DNA of 44,326 nt, taken from the NCBI GenBank assembly GCA_040754615.1, contig JBFMBZ010000081.1, positions 1-44,326 on the forward strand, read 5' to 3'. Source of the stretch: Candidatus Omnitrophota bacterium. GTDB lineage: Bacteria > Omnitrophota > Gorgyraeia > Gygaellales > Profunditerraquicolaceae. Positions 1 through 12,000 of this stretch are shown here, one piece after another. How positions within the stretch are numbered: position 1 is the stretch's first letter; every line of letters starts with the position of its first letter. Under the pieces are notes generated by a model. That model saw nothing but the letters and a program-made list of their open reading frames with translations, was not told where the DNA came from and did no database searches. Position numbers and translations under genes: made by a program.

Positions 1-3000
1 TACTAAAACATATACATTTTTATTGAGCTTCTTAAGCAGGTTTTGACAATTAACTGTAAAATCATCGGTTAACTCCAGTTCGTCAGAAACAAATTTCTGT
101 TCTGGTCTGCAGCCTTGCGTTTTTAATAAATCTATTAATTTATGCATCCAATGCGGCCTGCTTAAAGCTCCCACCGCAAATAGATCTTCATAAAGGCCGA
201 AACGGTACAGGCCATAGTCTCTTTTAGTCATAAGCATTATTTCCCAGGGCCCTGTCTTTCGGTCATAAAAATTGATGTGCAATGCCTCATAGCCTTTATC
301 CCGCCTTTCTTTTAGCTCAACTTCGAAAATTACGCCTTTCTTCTTAAGCCAAAGCTCAATCTCATTTTGAATTTTAGTGCGCAACTTAAGAGCCTTTGTA
401 ACTATCATCACCCCATTAAGGTCATTTATCTCTTCGGGATGCTCATATTTTTCCTTAGTGGTGCTTTCGACCTTATCGTAAATGGCAGCTATGCTCTTCT
501 TTCGATAATTTACTTCCACTTCTTTCTTGCGTTTATGCGTAATTCTTTTCCTTAAGTCTCTGACCAAAGGCAGGGCCAATTCTTCAAGCCGGTCATAATC
601 AACCTGATGGTTTGAATTTATTGCTTCCTTTATCAGGTTATACTCTTCGGGATTGCTTAGTTGAAAGGCGTAATCGCGCATCTGGCTGTAAATCCAGAAT
701 ATAAGGCGGCCGGTTAACGGAGCGTATATATGCGATATCATTTTCGCCCTCACTATTCTGCGTTTCTCTGGCAGGCTAAGAACCCCCTGTATTTTATCCG
801 CTAACTCGAATAATAGCTCAGCGCTGTTTTGCCCTCTTGACTGCGCTATAAAATTCATATAATTCTGCAGCGTATCCTCTGTCCCGAAGATATCCGCCCC
901 CTCTCCCAAATAAGGATAGTTGGTTTTCTGTACCCTTGATATAGCATCATATACGCATTCGGCGTCCTGTTCTGAAAGCACTTCTGAAAGCGCCTCTTTT
1001 AATATGGCTAAATCAACCTTATGCAGTAGCCCAATAGATATCCCCTGTACATTGCCCCCTAATAAAGCAACGATAAACGCCACTGAGGTGGCATGATGCA
1101 AATAACTTTCACCGTCCGGGAAGTTTTTGCCTTTACAGCCTCTTTCAGCTATGGCATAAATTCTTTCAATGCAATTAATCTCCCCTCGCCTTCTGTTGTG
1201 GCAGTTCTTAATAAATGCTTTTACTATTTCCGCGCAAGGAGCGGGCTTTCCTAAAGTATCCGAATCTATCATAGACAATGTCATCGGGGAGCCAACAATG
1301 CTATTTTCTAACATCCTTGTGGCTGCGTCCTTTACGGTTGGATTGGTTGAGCCGGAGATAATCTTTAAATGCGGCCTTGCGGGTTCTTCCTTTCTTATCG
1401 AGCTGGAAGCGCTTTGGCCGACAAATATTAATATCTCTTTTGCCTGCCATTCGGTTAAATCAGACCAGTTTTTAGCTCCGAAGGAAGCAAAGGATAAACC
1501 GCGCCCGTTCAGGCGCTGAGCAATTCCGTTTATATCGCCCGCAATCAAACCAAAGGCCCCTCCTTTCACCATAGCCCGGCTGCTGTAAGCCAGGACCCTG
1601 TTCATATCCACCGGCATAAGGCCTTTTGGGTTCCAGCTCGTCGTAGTATTAGGCAATGTGGTAATGCCCCTGCCGATTCCTCCGGAATGGATTATGCAAG
1701 CCATCTGCTCTAGGGGTCTTTCAGCAATAGAAAAATCATTTCCCTCTGCTGCCACCTTTAAGCCGCCGCTCTCTATTTCCACCTTGCTTATTTCATCGCC
1801 TGCATAAACACAGATGAGTTGCTCCGCAGGAATACCGAATAAAAGATTAACCAGCCTGCGGCCCGTAACTGCTCCGACTGCTTTTGAATCAGGTGAAATA
1901 TCTATAGTGGTATCTCCTCCGGGCTGGGCAGCTATTATCACCGGTTTTATTTTGCCAAAATCAGGGGATAATTTTTTAATTGCCGCGAAACAACGCCTAA
2001 CCTCTGCAACCTGTGCCGCAAGGACGTATACTTTTATATCTTGCGCCTCCGGGCCTTTAAGGATTATAGACCAGGGTTCTTTTGTGTCATTATTTATTAA
2101 GCCAGTTAACTGCTGAAGCACAGCTTCAGGATTACTTAAAATCAGGCCCATCAGCATCGCCTGTAACGCGCGTTTTCTCATCAACGGCCTGGGGTCATAA
2201 TCCCGGTTCTGGTCAAGCCTTCCCGGAGGTATTACAGCTGCTGCTGCAAATCCTGTAACCTTGTTTTCTTTCGCATCAAATTCCGGCTCGCGGCGCTCAA
2301 ACTGATGCCCGTAGACCCCCTTCTCTATGAAAGGCATAGTTATCCGGCCTGCCAGCTCTATTAACAACCCTGTTAATTCATCCATTGAATTCTGAAATAC
2401 TTTTACATAACCCTTCCCTTCCCTATAGACAAAAACAGCGTTCCCGGAAGCAGCGCCGATAATCAGCCTGCGGAATATCTGGTTAGTGTCATCTGAAGTG
2501 CGTGACAAACCAGTCATTATTTCTGCTAAAGTTAATATGCGCTCCACCTGCTGATAAGGCTCAATGGTCTGTTTCCACGGCCCTTCAAAGGCTTGGCCGG
2601 TAATAATCTCTTTAAGCAGCTGGCCCTTTAGAAAAACCCATCCGATATAGGCCATCCAGGGGCTCTTCGGTGTTCCGGCAGCAGTAATTGTGCCGTCCAT
2701 ATCTTTCATGATTAATATGATCTTATTGGCAGAGAACGCCTGATGTAAAAACCGGATAAAAGGAACGGCTAAGGATGCTTCCCCGAGCTTAGAGAGATCC
2801 TTTTGCTTTGAATAATCTCTAATCATGGCTCTGTGATGCGCAATACTCTGCTTTGTTTTTCCTTCCAATATCCTCTTTGCCCTATAAAGCTGGAAGCCCA
2901 ATACTGCTTCAAGATTTATTAATCTTTCCTGCGCGGTAAGGCCTGCGCAAACCACTTCGAAAGGAAGAATAATCTGGATAAACTTGCCGTCATCTTCAAT

Positions 3001-6000
3001 AATGCCCAACCGGTCTGTATATTCTTTTTCCAGCCTTTCTTTATTATTTTTTGTAGTAATTACTCTATTGCCGACGAATTTTGCATCCGTCTCTTGAGAA
3101 GACAAAATAAGAAGCTTCAGGGCCCTGGATTTACCCTCGCTTTCAAGGTGGCCTATTGTTACGGCTTTATCCAAAGAGATATCAGCGCTCTCAATTTTGT
3201 TTCCGGTTGTATTTTCAACCGCCTTGCGCACCGTGTACTGGAACCAGATTTCATCCTTTCTTTTCCCTTCTAACCAATCCGGCTTTTTGCCTTTATTTAG
3301 CCAGGCAGCAAAATCTTTGACTAAATCACTACGGAACATAAGCTCAAGTGCGCTCTCCATGCCGAAACTCTCCCAGGACAACCCTTCCTTCTCTAAAAAC
3401 CCTTCAATCTCTTTATGGCGCTTAATTATGGTAAAAACTAAATGCGGGGTTAAGGCTTCTTTAGTGGAATCATCCAATAATTTCCAAATGGCCGATGCTA
3501 ATAGTTCCGGCATTGCCGCAATGGTACAATTATAAATATCCGGGTTTTGCCTCTGGGGCGTTAATTCCACGCGCATCATCTGGTTATCCGCGCTCACAAC
3601 TATTTCCCGCTCTCTTAATTTCTTCACGTCTTCTTGATCAGGAGTGTTAGCTCCTGCGTACCCGCCGAAATCTCCCCTGAAAGCCCTTTCCATTGTGCCG
3701 AATTCCGGCCGGGCAGCAAATAGCAGCGTCTTATCTATTCCGGCATTGCTATTAGCCAGAATTGCATTCCAAATTTTCTGCAAAGGATAACCTGCCATAG
3801 ATTCAATAAATTCAACGGTAGATTCCCACCAGGTCATCCCGCGGGTCTCATCGTCTTTAACCGGGTCAGTGAGAAGAAGCTTGCTTGCTTTCGTATTCTC
3901 TGCCATTGCCCTGACTAACCCTTTATTCTTCAGTAATATGCCCAGGCTCGTTGCCCAACTGCACAAGCCGGATAAAATAAGCCTGGTATTTCTTATAACC
4001 GGGATAACCCGGCTATGCACCGGGACATCAGGATAGTATGTGCCTATATCCGACATCCTGCAAACTTTGCGCTCTCTTCCTACTTGCAGGCCGTGCGGCG
4101 TATGCGAGTAATAGGCCTGCCCTATATATTCCTGTCCGTCCCTTCCCCTGATAAACATTTCATTCCCGTAAGGATTATCCAGGACTGCCAATGCCCTTGC
4201 TCCTACCAGCTTACGAAACTCAATCATCCCCGCATAAATACCATCGGGGTTCATAAATTCCTTTGCCAGGCCTCCGGTATAACTTTGTATCCCCTGATAG
4301 GTAAGGCCTTTTAGCGAGTTCCAATCGCAAGGTAGCCCCATCCTGTCCACTTCCCGGGCGTAATGTTTAACCTTAGCAAAGAACTCAAGGAATTCTGTTT
4401 CTGTTCCTTCCTGCCTGGCGCTCTTTAACGCATTCTTGAGGCGGCCGTTTAATTCCTTTGCAAATGATTTTCTTTGCGCCCCAAAACGGTCTCCTAATAA
4501 TTTCTTAATTACCTGCGCGCAGGGAGCTCCTTCTATGATTCCTGCTTCCAGGTTAACCCGCTCTATATCTCCGGAGGCTGCAGACAGGATATGCAAATGC
4601 GCCGCTCCAAATCCCCGGTTAATTAATGTTGCTCCGCCATTATCCGTGCCCCCGAGAACTACTAACGGATGATCGTCAATCATCTCTCTTACCATGCCGG
4701 TCATAGCAACTGCAGCTCCTCCTCCGGACCCAATTACTACCTCACGGGACAAATCAAGGTATTCTTTTCCTTCTTCAAAACTCTTCAAATCTTTTAGACG
4801 ATGCAGATTACCCAGGATAATGTGCACCTTTCTGGCTAAGTTTTCGGGGATTATAGAATCTTTACATTCTAATTCCCGATAGAATTCATTCTTTAAGGTT
4901 TCATTTCCGGCCCTGGCCAATTCCATCCCAACTGCTTGCGCAATTTTTAGAAACACCCCTGCCGCCTCAATTTTCACTTTTCGAGTAAGGAGTTTAACCT
5001 TTTCTTCGTTGTCAAATATCTCCCTGGGCTTATTAAATATCATTTCTTCCAAAGCATCCAAAAGTATGTTTGCTGCCAGCATAAATTCATTGCTCTTTAC
5101 TCTCTTTAATCCACGAAGCAGGGCAATTCTATTTTCTTCGCTGACTTCAGGGCTCACTAAAGCGTCAAGAATCCCTAACAGGCGCGCAAAACGGTATTTT
5201 TCTGCAGCGAAATCCGCCTCCCGGACAAATTCGAAAGCCGCATCCCTCGCCTTTTTAAACGCACGCCGGCGATAAATATGAATTAGACTCATCCCCACCT
5301 GCAGGTTAAGGCTAACCGCGTCCTTATTGGCTGCTTCCAGGTTTAAGGATATATAAACGCTATCGGCAGGTATCCGGCATTCAGGCCTCTGATTATCAGC
5401 CATTTTTTCCAGCGCGGAAATTGTCATATCAGTGTCAAAATCCTTCAAGCGGCAGGCTGCCTGACCCCTTATCCAGTAATAACCTTCTCCCATGGCTTGA
5501 TAATTTAATAAAAGGTCAACAAGTAATTGGTTTACGGCATTGAACTCTTCTTTTTCTTCGGGAACTCCTTCAAATTTAAGCGCTATGCCGGATATGGCCT
5601 TTAGAAGCATTGCCTCCATCGCGGTCCATCGCCTTATGGCGTTATAATAACTAAGTTTTTTAATATCTGACTTGGTGGCCTCTCTAGCGCCCTCTTTTCT
5701 CAATCGCTCAACTTCATTAATCATATTTTGCAGTTTCACGGCTTCGCGGTGCGCTTCCAGGCCTTTTTTGGCGAGCCCGCAAAGCGGCTCCATTGAATAA
5801 GCGCTGGCTAAAGCCCTTAGGCTGTCAATTGCCTGCATGCTCTCAAAGAAAATATCCTCATGCTCCTCTTCTTTCTTCTCCAGGGAAGCCGAATCATCAG
5901 TATCTACATTGTATTCAATTGCCCCAAATCCGTTTACCTTATCAAAATATGCCTTTGCCTGGTTTAATAATGCTAAGGTTAACCTTCCAAGCATGCCGTT

Positions 6001-9000
6001 TTTATTAGAAGATTGCTGTAAGAGAACAGGGATTAATTCTTCCTTGATACGCAAGATAGCTTCATCGGCTTTTCCTTCATCGAATCCGCTTCCTATGTGC
6101 ATACGGCTAGAGCTGCGGATAGAATGAAAAACAGCGTCAAGCAGGGGTAGTGCCTTATCCCCTATTATTCTCCTGAATTCTTCAGACATTACCTTATATT
6201 CTTCTGTCTCAATAGGGGAGCCGGCTAGCCCTTGCCGGGAAGCGGTTACAGCAGCAATTATGGCTGCCCCAACTCCGGAGCCGTCATGCGTAAGCACCAA
6301 CCTGATCTGAGAAGCCCTCCTTTTTCCGAACATCTCCCTGAAGGCCTTTCGCATATTACGCCTGAGATCAGGATTATTTTCAAAGAGGCTTCCGTCAACG
6401 GCAACGGTATGCCGCCAGGATAAACCGGGGTTTATCCTGATTAAAATTGCTCCGTTTACAGCAGCAGTAATTCTCGCAGCCCGCTTAAAAACAATCCTGC
6501 AAACTTCACGCATCATCCGAGCCTCTTCATCAGATATATCTCCAAAAATCCTGCGTGCAACTTTGAAATCTTTTGATTTATCATTTTTGATATTTCCGGC
6601 CTGCTCACTTGTTAACGCATTTTTTCCAGCTAAGAGTTTAGGAACTTCGCCATTAAACAGATAACCTTGCAAGGTCAAATCCTTTAGGACCAAACGCACC
6701 AATTCCCCAAGATATTGCCCTGAAACCATCTTCTCTTCCAACTGCGCTCCGGGCATGCCGGACTCTTCATCGAGCATTTCGTCATACCTATTACGCCGAA
6801 GTATATTGAACCCTCCCGATTCTATATTGATAACCATTGTTGGAAAGTCATATGCGCCTATAGATTTATGGATATCTCCTGTTTTCACTAAAACGCAGAA
6901 GTTTTGCCCGGTGCCCCAGATCATAGCTGTATCGCAATTAGGATCAGAGCGCCCGCGGCAGACAAGCGTGCCTGTTGTATCATTATTAATAGAGATAATC
7001 CTGACATTGCCGAGGCCATGTTTTTTTAGTGCCTTATTAAGCAAAGCAACCACATCCTTACCTACTACGCCCCTGGCTGAGAATTCTTTTGTCCATTTTT
7101 CCAATACGCCTTTGTCTATTCCAAATTGCAGGACCGGGAAAGAAAAAGTAAACCCTCCAAACCGCATATTTTCCTTCTCTTCTTGAAGAAATTCCTTAAT
7201 GCGCTCGGCAATGGAACCAAAAAGCGCATCCGCATCTTTAGAAATCTGTTCATGGGTAAGCTTGTATTTCTTTACGCATACCTGCGGCCTGCGGTTTTTC
7301 TTAAGAGTCACTGCTAAAATGCGTAAATTAGACCCACCTAAGTCAATGCCAAGATAAGTGCCTTCTTCTTTTCCTGTCGGCTTAGCCACGTAAGTAGGCA
7401 GCATCCGAAGAGAGCTCTTTTTGCCGTTTAAACCTAGCTCCATTTCTCTGCGGAAATCGATTACTATCTGATGCAATTCGTCATTCGTTAAGGAAAAATC
7501 TTTACGGATTCCTTTCAGGGCTTGCACAACCGGCGAGCCGGCGGGGCTGCTATTCGTTAAGCCTAATTCCCTGAAAGCCTCTTTTACAATTTCCGGCTGT
7601 TCCAATTCGCTAATAGTATTAAGAATAGAACCGTGTATATTAACTGGGCTAAGCAAAATGGGAGGCAACCTGCCCCTGAACCTCATTATTTCCCTCGTAA
7701 CAGGCAATAATGGCTCGCGATTTATGAAGCTCGCTTTGCCTTTTGCCTGCTCTATCATAATGGCGCGCGGAAGGGCATCCCACGGTTTAACCATATGCAT
7801 AACCAGGCCTAATTCGCCTTCTACCAGAAATCCATCCAGCGTAGTCCGGGCTATCTCCTTTTCTAACATTCCGGTGAAGCTAAGCTTATCTTTTATGTAC
7901 TCTCTATACTTCTCCAAAGGATCTATAGATTTTCCTCCATACTCAAGTGTTCTGTGTTTAACAACTAAGGCTTTTTTAGATGCAATAATATTTAAGAGAG
8001 GAATAATTATTCTTTGGTCATTCACAAATGTTCCTTCGCCTGTAGCGAAAATCAACTTTCTCCCTTCTAAAAGAGGGGCAAAAGAAACTGCTACCACCGG
8101 CATCATAGTCTGCATATCTATGCAAACTATAGTTGTGTCAAATACCTCGCTGCCTTTGCTATACTCTAGAGTCCCGGAAAGAGGGTCTAGAATCCAAGTG
8201 TAAGGCGCTTCATCATTCCATAAAACACCAGGCGTTTCTTCCTCGCTGATGATGTTGTGGCCGGGAAAATGCGTCCTTATAATGTCGCTCAACCTCATAT
8301 TGGCGATTTTATCAGCTTCAGTATGAGTATCAGCAGAAATATCTTCCGGCCTTTTAGATTTCTGCAAATCTAAAAGGAGTTTACCTATTGTCATTGCTGA
8401 TCCAATTGCCGTATTTATGATTTCTTGTTTTATTCCTATGGGGCTGAAAGAGCCAACCGGCGAGCCGGATTTCTCTTCAAAGAATATTTTTGCTTTTTCA
8501 ACAGACCCCGGATACGGGCCAACAGCAATTTCAATCATCTTGGGGTCCTTAGGGAATGCCACATTATGCCCGCTTAGAAGAAGAATTTTGGCTCCGGGAT
8601 ATAATCCAAAAACTTTTACCCTCTCTCCCGATTTCTCATTATTTAAGTATTTATATATGGAAACAATCAACTCTCCCCTCTGGACTATCAATAATTCGGG
8701 TAATGGTAAATCAAGGGGCGTATGAATATGGGGCTTACCAACTTCGCCTGCTAACGGCGCCTTTACTCCAATCCCCAGCGGAAAAGAAGGAGTAGTAATG
8801 ACGATAAATGTGCGCGGCTCAATGTAGCGCCTTAAAACCAATAACAGGTTATCTTCTGCGCCGAATCTTTCAGGATATTCATATCCACTAAATGCCCTGT
8901 AAATCAACTTTTCCCCGGGGTTCCTTCTTGTTACAGAGTGCTCCGGTTGAGTAACCTTCAGGATAAAAGAGTTCCGCAAAGTCTCGATGCTATAGCCGCC

Positions 9001-12000
9001 AAAAGTTGTCATAAGTTCCCCTGAGAGCAAAGACAGAGTTTCTCCGTTGCTTTCCTTATCTGCCAGTGTTATAAAAGTTTTCCCCTCTTCAACATATATA
9101 ATATGCTGGAGCCCCGGCTTATTCTTTGTCCCGAAAGACGCGCCTTCTTTATGGAGGTCGGTACTAATCTCAATCGCAAGCCTTGGCGATGATAAGATGC
9201 TTCGTCTCCTGCTTTTTGAAATCAATGCTAAGACTTCATCCTTCCATAAAACCGGCTCCCATCCTTCCAACGCCGTGAAATCCGTTAATGTAACCGGGCT
9301 GCCGGAAAAGGGGGAAGGTTCTGTTTTCTTCGGCTCTAAAGGCGAGCCGGAGTGGCTATCTTTCCAGTATTTTATTCTTATTATTGTTGCTGTTGTTTGC
9401 GGATGGCTGGAGTAATGCTCACTGTTCGCAGAGAAGATGCCGCGAGTAATTATCCCAATAACGGCAATGGAAAATGCGCTTATGCAGACTACCAAAATCA
9501 ATCCTTCCGTAAACGGCGAGGCAGCAATAGCTTCTTTAAGGGTTAGATTAATTCTCTGCGCACCTATGTCAGTGCGACGGCTTGAGCCTGCGCAAGGCCC
9601 TGCCGCCGGGTTTCTGTGTACAGCATTTCCAAGCAGTTGCGCGCCAAATGAACTCATCAGTTTAAGGTAAGCTAAGGTAATCAAAATAAATGGGGACGGT
9701 TCTATTTTCTTCGGCTGCATGTTTAAAATAGAAACGTCCCTTTTGAGTAGGCGCGGAAAAAAGAAGGCATTATTTCCTGGCAAAGAAACAGCTAAAGCAG
9801 AATTGTTGGCTTTGGTGGGAGACTTGGAACTTCCGGAATCTTCCCGCGTTGTTCGGGTAACAACCATACAGCCTAAAGGCGGAGCCCTAACACGAAGGAT
9901 TTCCGAGATAGGCGACCCAGAGCGCGCTTCTTTTACCCTATACCAAACATCTTCTCGCTCCTCAAAGCCGAGCCCAACAAGAACGGTAATGGCCTCCTCA
10001 TCAGAAAACCCTCCAGCATTGTATTGCCTAAGCATCATGCCCAAACTCATCCCAAATCTGGGGTTAACCGGGAAGTCTGAATTTAGCCTGGCTTTAAAAT
10101 CCTCTAACTCCCGTTTTTTAATTCTGCCTTTTTCCTGCCAAGCTTTTCTTCTTTCCGGATCAGTCAACAATTTTTCTAACTTTTCAGGGAGCGTTTCTCC
10201 AAAAATTACCCTGATCTTTGCTTCTTCCTCGAAAATGACTGGTTCGATCATCAAAGCTGTGTTGGCGCGACTTTTAAACCATCTATGCCTAGAAAACCCT
10301 ATTTTCTTTAAATAACTGATTTCATCATCCACAATTAACCAGTCGGTAACAGTTAGCTGTGCAAGTGCAGAACTGTCATCGGCATTCATAAACGGGTAGG
10401 AATCATGCATCATGACAACTTCCCTTGTTTCAAGCAATTCATGGAGAAGAGCAAACAGCAAAATAAAAGGGAATGATTGATTGTGCAGCAATACTTCTAC
10501 CTTAGAAATCACTTTATCTTTGCAGTCATAATGAATGCCTCCCATACCGCCACACATTGAGCCATCTGGTACTAAGCGATGGTTCTTATGAGGCGGTATC
10601 TCTGCCAAAGCTATTGTTAACAAAATATTTTTTTCTAAGAAAAATTTGAATAGTTCCGGGGCCTTTTTATTAAGCCAATTTATGATGAATTCGGTTGTCT
10701 TTTCCAGCATTAGATCGGGATTGCGGAAGAAAAATGAAATCGTCTCGTAGTCGTATTTATTTCGTCCTATTGCAGATTCGATTTTTTTACGAAGACTCCT
10801 CTTGTCTGATTCAGGAATTTTATTTCTAAATTCTTGGAATAAACATCCCGCTACCGTTTCCAAGGCGCCTAACCTATTTGCCTCTTCGAGATATTTTCTG
10901 TAAGAATCCTCTTCTAAAGAAGTAAACAACATCTGAAAAGAAGAAGGAGTAATTAGGGTTGGGCTGGAAGCGGGCGATCCGGAGGAATATCCGATACCTT
11001 CTAATTCAGCTATAAATTCTCTTCGCTTGTGTTCTCTTGCCATAGTAAATACCAAACGCCAATCTTCACTGGAGTCAAATTTCATACGGAATATGGCTCT
11101 CCCGTGGGAAGATTTATATTCCCAGTCATAGGACGCAGACATTATTATTGTATGCCTTTGTTTTGCATTGCATATGACACAAAACCCTTGTTTATCATAA
11201 GAAATCTCTATGCGTCGGACTTTCTTTTTCTTATAAGAACTTATAATTTGGCCAACTCTGAGATTAGGAGTTACTAACTCGTAGATTACGATTTTTTGTG
11301 CTGTTCCGAAAAACAAATTCGGAAGAGAAATTGAAAGGGCCGGCCATTTTACTGTGTCAAATTCAACTGGGAAAAGCGTCCTTCCATACCAGAAGCCAAA
11401 CAGCCTTTCCCTGGTCTTTCCTAATTCATTGTAAAACTTCTTTCTTTCTTGCTCAATTTCCTGCTCAGTTTTCGCTCTTGGGCGAGAAGTCCCCGTTTTT
11501 TTCCTTTCTGCTCTTGCTCTTTCTCCGGCATCTTCTGCCCTACTTACCGCACCAACCTGCACTCTTTCGTCATATTTCTTGCGCTTCTCGGGATCACTCA
11601 ATACTTCATATGCTTTTTGTATCGAAAGCCACTCGTCCCCTGCTACCCCCCCACTTTCTTTAATCCTGTCTGGATGGTATCTCATAGCGAGCTTCCGGAA
11701 TGCATTCCTTATATAAACTTCGCTTGCTTGCTTAGACACACCTAATACAGCATAATAATCCTTTGAATTAGAGAAATCTGGCCTAAGGAATTGATTCTTG
11801 CCAGAGGAAGATTTTTCTTTTGGTTTTTGTTTATTGAATGCCATGAGGTAAGATAAAGCCTGCTTTAACTTCTTGAATGAAACGGCTATTCTATTCAAAT
11901 ATTCTTCAAATTGCCTGGCTAATTTATTTCCTGACTGCAGGATAACCTCTTTTGCTTTGCGCAACCCTAACGAGGCATAATGATAAAAATTAAAGCTAAG

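Larger units (their letters stand above)
9352..9906 (-). other. hydrophobic/low-complexity linker region A (homologous to 18082-18483)
   Basis: Translation ...KKIEPSPFILITLAYLKLMSSFGAQLLGNAV...GAQRINLTLKEAIAASPFTEGLILVVCISAFSIAVIGIITRGIF... About 185 nt (9555-9740) align with 18153-18381. Confidence 0.5.

Noticed and set aside
9640-9665. CUGAUGAG string on the sense strand (also at about 18245-18255), suggestive of a hammerhead ribozyme core
   Set aside because: I could not form a stem II closed by C-GAAA, nor place a proper GAAA/cleavage-site arrangement around it. The string simply encodes the conserved peptide LKLMS in both linker regions.
9693-9757. Hairpin plus U-rich tail as a true intrinsic terminator ending a gene
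   Set aside because: The reading frame continues without a stop through and beyond the hairpin into recognisable domains, so it does not mark a gene end. It is kept as a possible pause or attenuation or repeat element, not annotated as a terminator.
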